Shown: one piece after another, positions 60,308 to 64,000 of the stretch | How positions within the stretch are numbered: the first letter of the stretch is position 1 | Layout: every line of letters starts with the position of its first letter | Source of the DNA: a virus | Strand: one strand, 5' to 3' | Length of the DNA: 64,000 nt | Virus record (IMG/VR): IMGVR_UViG_3300045131_002362 | Span: 22,709 to 86,708 of that record | Made by a program: the position numbers and the translations under genes | Notes under the pieces: generated by a model | The model's database searches: none | What the model saw: only the letters and a program-made list of their open reading frames with translations | Told to the model about the DNA's origin: nothing

Positions 60308-61015
60308 ATGAACGATTTCGAAGTCGCACCGACCGGTGAGCCCATCGTCCCGGTCGTCGCCTTTCTCATTCCGACGTACAAGACCCCGTATCTGACATCA
60401 GATCTTCTCTCCGCAGCGCTGGCCTGCGGAAAGTTCGTAGGTTGCACATTCGTGCTTTTGTTGGACAAAGAAGATCCGCACATTCTGACGTACAAGACGC
60501 TCGTCGAGAATGTTCGCGAGAAGGGTCTGTCGGCTGGATTCTTCGTGTTCGACGGCACGCCGTACTGCGGAAAGATCAACCGCGTGGCGCCCATCGTGTC
60601 TGCCGAATGTCTATGCGTTCTGGACAGCCGGCATCTCCCGATGATTGACGGGGTCGCATCGTTCGCGGAAGGCGTGCGCTCCTGGCTGGCGCTTTCTCCG
60701 GAGCCCATGCGTGTCGGCACCTTTACGGAGGAGTGCTTCTTCCCTCTCGTGACGCGCAAGCTTGTGGACAGACTCGGGTACATGTTCCATCCGCTCAGCT
60801 ACGGAAGAGTGGAGGCCGAGAACTGGCTGCTCACGCTTTCTTCAGCCGTCGGGATTCTTTCGTCAGTGGCCGGCGGCAAGATCATCGAGTCCTCGGCCGA
60901 CGGCGTAGAGATCGTCGGTACGTCAGATCCGGAAGACAGTCGCTGGGTCGACGAGATTCTGGATCAGACGGTCGACGAGGAAGCCGAACGGCTCACGGGT
61001 TATCTTTTGCGATAG
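60308..61015 (+). CDS. glycosyltransferase GT-A-like protein (possibly degenerate)
   Basis: FLIPTYK, LLLDKED, KIN, CVLDS, FPLVTRKLVDRLGY resemble GT2-family elements. Confidence 0.55.
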   Translation: MNDFEVAPTGEPIVPVVAFLIPTYKTPYLTSDLLSAALACGKFVGCTFVLLLDKEDPHILTYKTLVENVREKGLSAGFFVFDGTPYCGKINRVAPIVSAECLCVLDSRHLPMIDGVASFAEGVRSWLALSPEPMRVGTFTEECFFPLVTRKLVDRLGYMFHPLSYGRVEAENWLLTLSSAVGILSSVAGGKIIESSADGVEIVGTSDPEDSRWVDEILDQTVDEEAERLTGYLLR

Positions 61016-61023
61016 GGGGTTTT

Positions 61024-61419
61024 ATGGGTCAGAATGTCGCCAAGGCGTTTGCGAAACAGAGGCTGCTCTACTGGGCGCCCGTTGTGACAGGCTCAGGCGT
61101 GCGTCACGACGCGCCGGTTGAGTTTAAGGGCGCGTACATAGGCAACATGCAGCTCGGCGAAGGCGGGCCTTCTGACGTTGTTTTCGCAGGGGGTGGCACG
61201 CGCGACAACATGGTCCTCTTCTACCTTTGCAAACCGGTGGTTGACGGCTTCGTGTGCTGGACGAAGCGGCTGACGGATCTGGAGGCCGATGGAACAACGA
61301 ACATCCCTCCCGATCAGCTCGAGGACACACACAAGATCCGCGCAGTGACCGAGTACGTCATGCCCGGAGTGACTCGTGTGACGCTCACCAATCAGGCATT
61401 TATCGCCTCGGTGATGTAG
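61024..61419 (+). CDS. head closure (stopper) protein
   Basis: KQRLLYWAP....G...DAPVE; gene position; start set at ATG 61024. Confidence 0.6.
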   Translation: MGQNVAKAFAKQRLLYWAPVVTGSGVRHDAPVEFKGAYIGNMQLGEGGPSDVVFAGGGTRDNMVLFYLCKPVVDGFVCWTKRLTDLEADGTTNIPPDQLEDTHKIRAVTEYVMPGVTRVTLTNQAFIASVM

Positions 61420-61426
61420 GCTGGCT

Positions 61427-63211
61427 ATGGCTAAAGAGGCAAAGAGCAAAGACAAAGCCCTGGCGGCTGACAGGCAAGCACCGGTTGCGCCGCGTTGGCG
61501 GGTTGTGCACAACGAAAATTCACTGGTTGTGCTCGATCGTGGCTATTTTGCCGACTCTTCCGGAAAACTTGACAGCGGAAAAGTCTACGATGCCAGACTG
61601 GCTTACCCCGGATCAGAAATTGTGTTCTCAGATCCCGGTGAGAACAAGATCTATGTTGACCGAAAAGTTTACGATGCGCGGTCGGACAAGACCGTATATA
61701 AGCCGATTGCAAAATTCGGAAAACAGTTAGGCAAATACGACTCGCCAACTGAGGACCCTCGCGCGGTCAAGATTTCTGTTGAGAAGACACCTGTGCGACT
61801 GGATCAGCGGCCCGGTTTCGACTCGTCCAAAATCAAAAAAATAGAAACGACGAAAGAACAGTTGGATGCTGATAGAAAGGCAGCCGACGCGCGTGCGGCG
61901 AAGAAAGAAAATGCAACGCCAAAATTTGCCGCGAGAGGTCAGACAGCTTTTGGCGCAAAGTTACAGAAGATACGAGATTCCCACGAACTGACACGCTTTG
62001 AAAAAGCGGACATAAGAGCTGTCGCCAAACGTAAAGAGAAACGTGAAAAGGCAAAGATTGTTCGCCCAAAGAAAAACACGCTCCCGTATTCCGAAAAGCA
62101 GAAGGCGATGCGCGCATCGATAGCGGCATCTAAGGCAGCCACGAAAGAACTGCTGGATCGCCGGAGGGCGTTCGCCAAGGCCACTATGCACAGCGCGGCA
62201 ATCGAGCGGGACCGCGTGCGGCGACGCGACAAGGCCGTCATCATGCGCGCAAAAAACAAGGCCGCAGGAAAGCCGGCTTCGCTCGGATATGCAAAGGGTC
62301 GCGCAGCAATGTTCGCAGCACAGCGTAGACTCATGTCTCCACCAAGCCTCGTCGAGGCCGGGCGAAAAGTTTTCTCGGAGAAGTTCGCACGTAGAGCGAC
62401 CACACTGAAAAAGTTCGGTAAGATGCCTCTTCATTTTGCGGCAAGGGGCACCACATTGGCTGCTGATGCAAAGAGGTTTGCCAAAGACATGCCACGAAGC
62501 GCGCGCTATCCGAGCATGGGGCACGCCACTGAGAACCGTCTGCGATCCCCAGTTTCGATGAATGCCGTTTCCGGAATGCAGTCGCTGCTGGAAGCACACG
62601 GAACGTCTGGTGTGCGCGGCACGTCGGTCTTTGCGACGCAGAATACGCTCTCTGCCAAAACATATGGTGGCCCGGGCCAAGGCATCTTCTTCAGAGTCGA
62701 TGCGAGTGCGGTATTGGCGAATCTCGAGACGAAATTTCCCGAGGCGATCCGCACTGCCGTCGCCGGTCTTTCGGTGTCGATCGGTCGGAAGCTCCTCGAC
62801 ATCGTTGAGCCATATGTTCCAAAGGACACCGGGCTGCTTTACAGCACAGCGGCGACGGCGACAGAGCAGACCTCCGGCGGAATGGTTGACATAGCCGGGG
62901 GCGAAGCGTATCCTGCCTCGCAGATGTACGGTGTCTCGATCTCGTACAATGCCCCATACGCAGAGGTGGTTTACTTCAACGAGAAAGCGGCGCACGGTGA
63001 GGAGTACAACCGTAAGCACAATACGTCCGAGAAGGGCGACAAGGAGACCGCGCGCTGGATAGAAGCGGCCTTCCAAAACGAGCGAGCGGCCATCGGCGGC
63101 CTGCTGCGTGAATATTCCAACGCGATAACGGCGGCGCTCGGGGCGGCTGGTGGCAAAGCGGTAATGTTCCAAAACAAGGCTGGCGGTGTCGTGAACTTCG
63201 TTCGACGCTAA
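61427..63211 (+). CDS. neck/tail-completion (HK97 gp10/minor capsid-like) protein with a long basic N-terminal extension
   Basis: C-terminal VEPYVPKDTGLLYS...YNAPYA...ARWIEAA; preceded by a long K/R/A-rich region. Confidence 0.65.
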   Translation: MAKEAKSKDKALAADRQAPVAPRWRVVHNENSLVVLDRGYFADSSGKLDSGKVYDARLAYPGSEIVFSDPGENKIYVDRKVYDARSDKTVYKPIAKFGKQLGKYDSPTEDPRAVKISVEKTPVRLDQRPGFDSSKIKKIETTKEQLDADRKAADARAAKKENATPKFAARGQTAFGAKLQKIRDSHELTRFEKADIRAVAKRKEKREKAKIVRPKKNTLPYSEKQKAMRASIAASKAATKELLDRRRAFAKATMHSAAIERDRVRRRDKAVIMRAKNKAAGKPASLGYAKGRAAMFAAQRRLMSPPSLVEAGRKVFSEKFARRATTLKKFGKMPLHFAARGTTLAADAKRFAKDMPRSARYPSMGHATENRLRSPVSMNAVSGMQSLLEAHGTSGVRGTSVFATQNTLSAKTYGGPGQGIFFRVDASAVLANLETKFPEAIRTAVAGLSVSIGRKLLDIVEPYVPKDTGLLYSTAATATEQTSGGMVDIAGGEAYPASQMYGVSISYNAPYAEVVYFNEKAAHGEEYNRKHNTSEKGDKETARWIEAAFQNERAAIGGLLREYSNAITAALGAAGGKAVMFQNKAGGVVNFVRR

Positions 63212-63216
63212 GAAAG

Positions 63217-63735
63217 GTGGTCTTTATGTTCGTGACAAGGGGTGATCGGGCAATGCCCAGCGTGGCGCTCACAGCGGCCCGGTTTGCGGCGAAGCATTCG
63301 GTTGGGACGTTCGGCGTGGATCTCTTTGCAAACACAGTCGTTGATCCGTCCAAGAAGGACGGCAAGAATCTCGTCGTGTACTTCGACAGCGACGACGCCG
63401 GCAAGGACGGAGGCAACGTGCGGACACTCTCCGGATCGCCGACGTGGTACATTGACCGGATGATCATTTCGGCCTCGGGTGGAGACACGGCGATCGCCAA
63501 CGGCCTCCTGCGGAGACACGTCAACTTCCTGTGTTCGGTACGCGGCGAGCCCGCCCTGTGTGAAGAGGATGGTGTGTGGTATCGTTTCTTGCACTTCGCA
63601 CTTCTCGGCAGGCCGCGCCGCCCCGGACGCACGGCGGCAGGGCAGGATCTGTACGAGGCTATGCTTCGTATCATGTGGAGGCCGATGTCGGCTTCCGACC
63701 CAGATTACGCCGCCGTGACGGGCATCACGGTATAG
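63217..63735 (+). CDS. probable tail terminator
   Basis: VGTFGVDLF motif and gene position; start uncertain. Confidence 0.5.
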   Translation: MVFMFVTRGDRAMPSVALTAARFAAKHSVGTFGVDLFANTVVDPSKKDGKNLVVYFDSDDAGKDGGNVRTLSGSPTWYIDRMIISASGGDTAIANGLLRRHVNFLCSVRGEPALCEEDGVWYRFLHFALLGRPRRPGRTAAGQDLYEAMLRIMWRPMSASDPDYAAVTGITV

Positions 63736-64000
63736 TCGGCGTTGTTGAAAGGAACGGCACTCCGTTCTATCATGCCCGCGTTATCAATGGAGGTTCATAT
63801 GGCAGACGAGACAGTTGCGAAACCGACGCCCGCAGCGGCGAAAAAGACGGTGAAGGCCGCCGGCAAGCCGGAAGGCATCACGGTATAGTCGGCGTTGTTG
63901 AAAGGAACGGCACTCCGTTCTATCATGCCCGCGTTATCAATGGAGGTTCATATGGCAGACGAGACAGTTGCGAAACCGACGCCCGCAGCGGCGAAAAAGA
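63721..64000 (+). repeat. 153-bp tandem duplication running off the window edge
   Basis: 63721-63847 is identical to 63874-64000. Confidence 0.95.
63745..63773 (+). promoter_or_regulatory. sigma70-like promoter with palindromic spacer (second copy at 63898-63926)
   Basis: TTGAAA-17 bp-TATCAT; spacer contains GAACGG-CACT-CCGTTC. Confidence 0.55.

Noticed and set aside
49967-63172. Long minus-strand ORFs (e.g. 50149-51462, 56102-57217, 61961-63172)
   Set aside because: They are antisense shadows of the packaging and structural genes.
1-64000. Stop-codon reassignment (alternative genetic code)
   Set aside because: The large conserved genes are intact in code 11, TAA, TAG and TGA all end genes at tight junctions, and the only tRNA is a normal Gln(UUG).

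Overview
The whole window reads as one GC-rich tailed dsDNA phage genome segment. I see no host housekeeping genes, integrase or recognisable repressor. A leftward (minus-strand) arm, ~49.5 kb to 1, carries ~20 kb of small early genes followed by a near-complete replication/recombination set: DnaB-like helicase, helicase-primase, RecA/UvsX, gp32-like SSB, family B polymerase, DnaX-like clamp loader, beta-like clamp, 5'-3' exonuclease and a split SbcC plus SbcD. This arm also holds two DNA methyltransferases, a PAPS-reductase/GP88 pair, a tmRNA and a tRNA-Gln. A rightward arm from ~50 kb carries packaging and head genes: TerS, TerL, portal, ClpP-scaffold, decoration protein, major capsid and neck proteins. 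The most notable unexplained signals are: (1) 13 copies of an 18-bp palindrome TGATTCC-N4-GGAATCA at early-gene junctions, often supplying the upstream stop codon and abutting the next RBS; (2) a second ~16-bp motif interleaved with it; (3) three copies of a non-canonical promoter GGCGCG(G/T)GAA-N9-TTCGGATATAATG in front of replication genes; (4) an ungapped ~58-aa domain shared by the helicase-primase (one copy) and an HNH protein (two copies), the latter encoded beside a GTCACA repeat cluster that is an origin candidate; (5) a tmRNA-tRNA-nucleotidyltransferase cluster; (6) SbcC split into separate genes. All protein calls come from motif recognition by eye; no searches were run.
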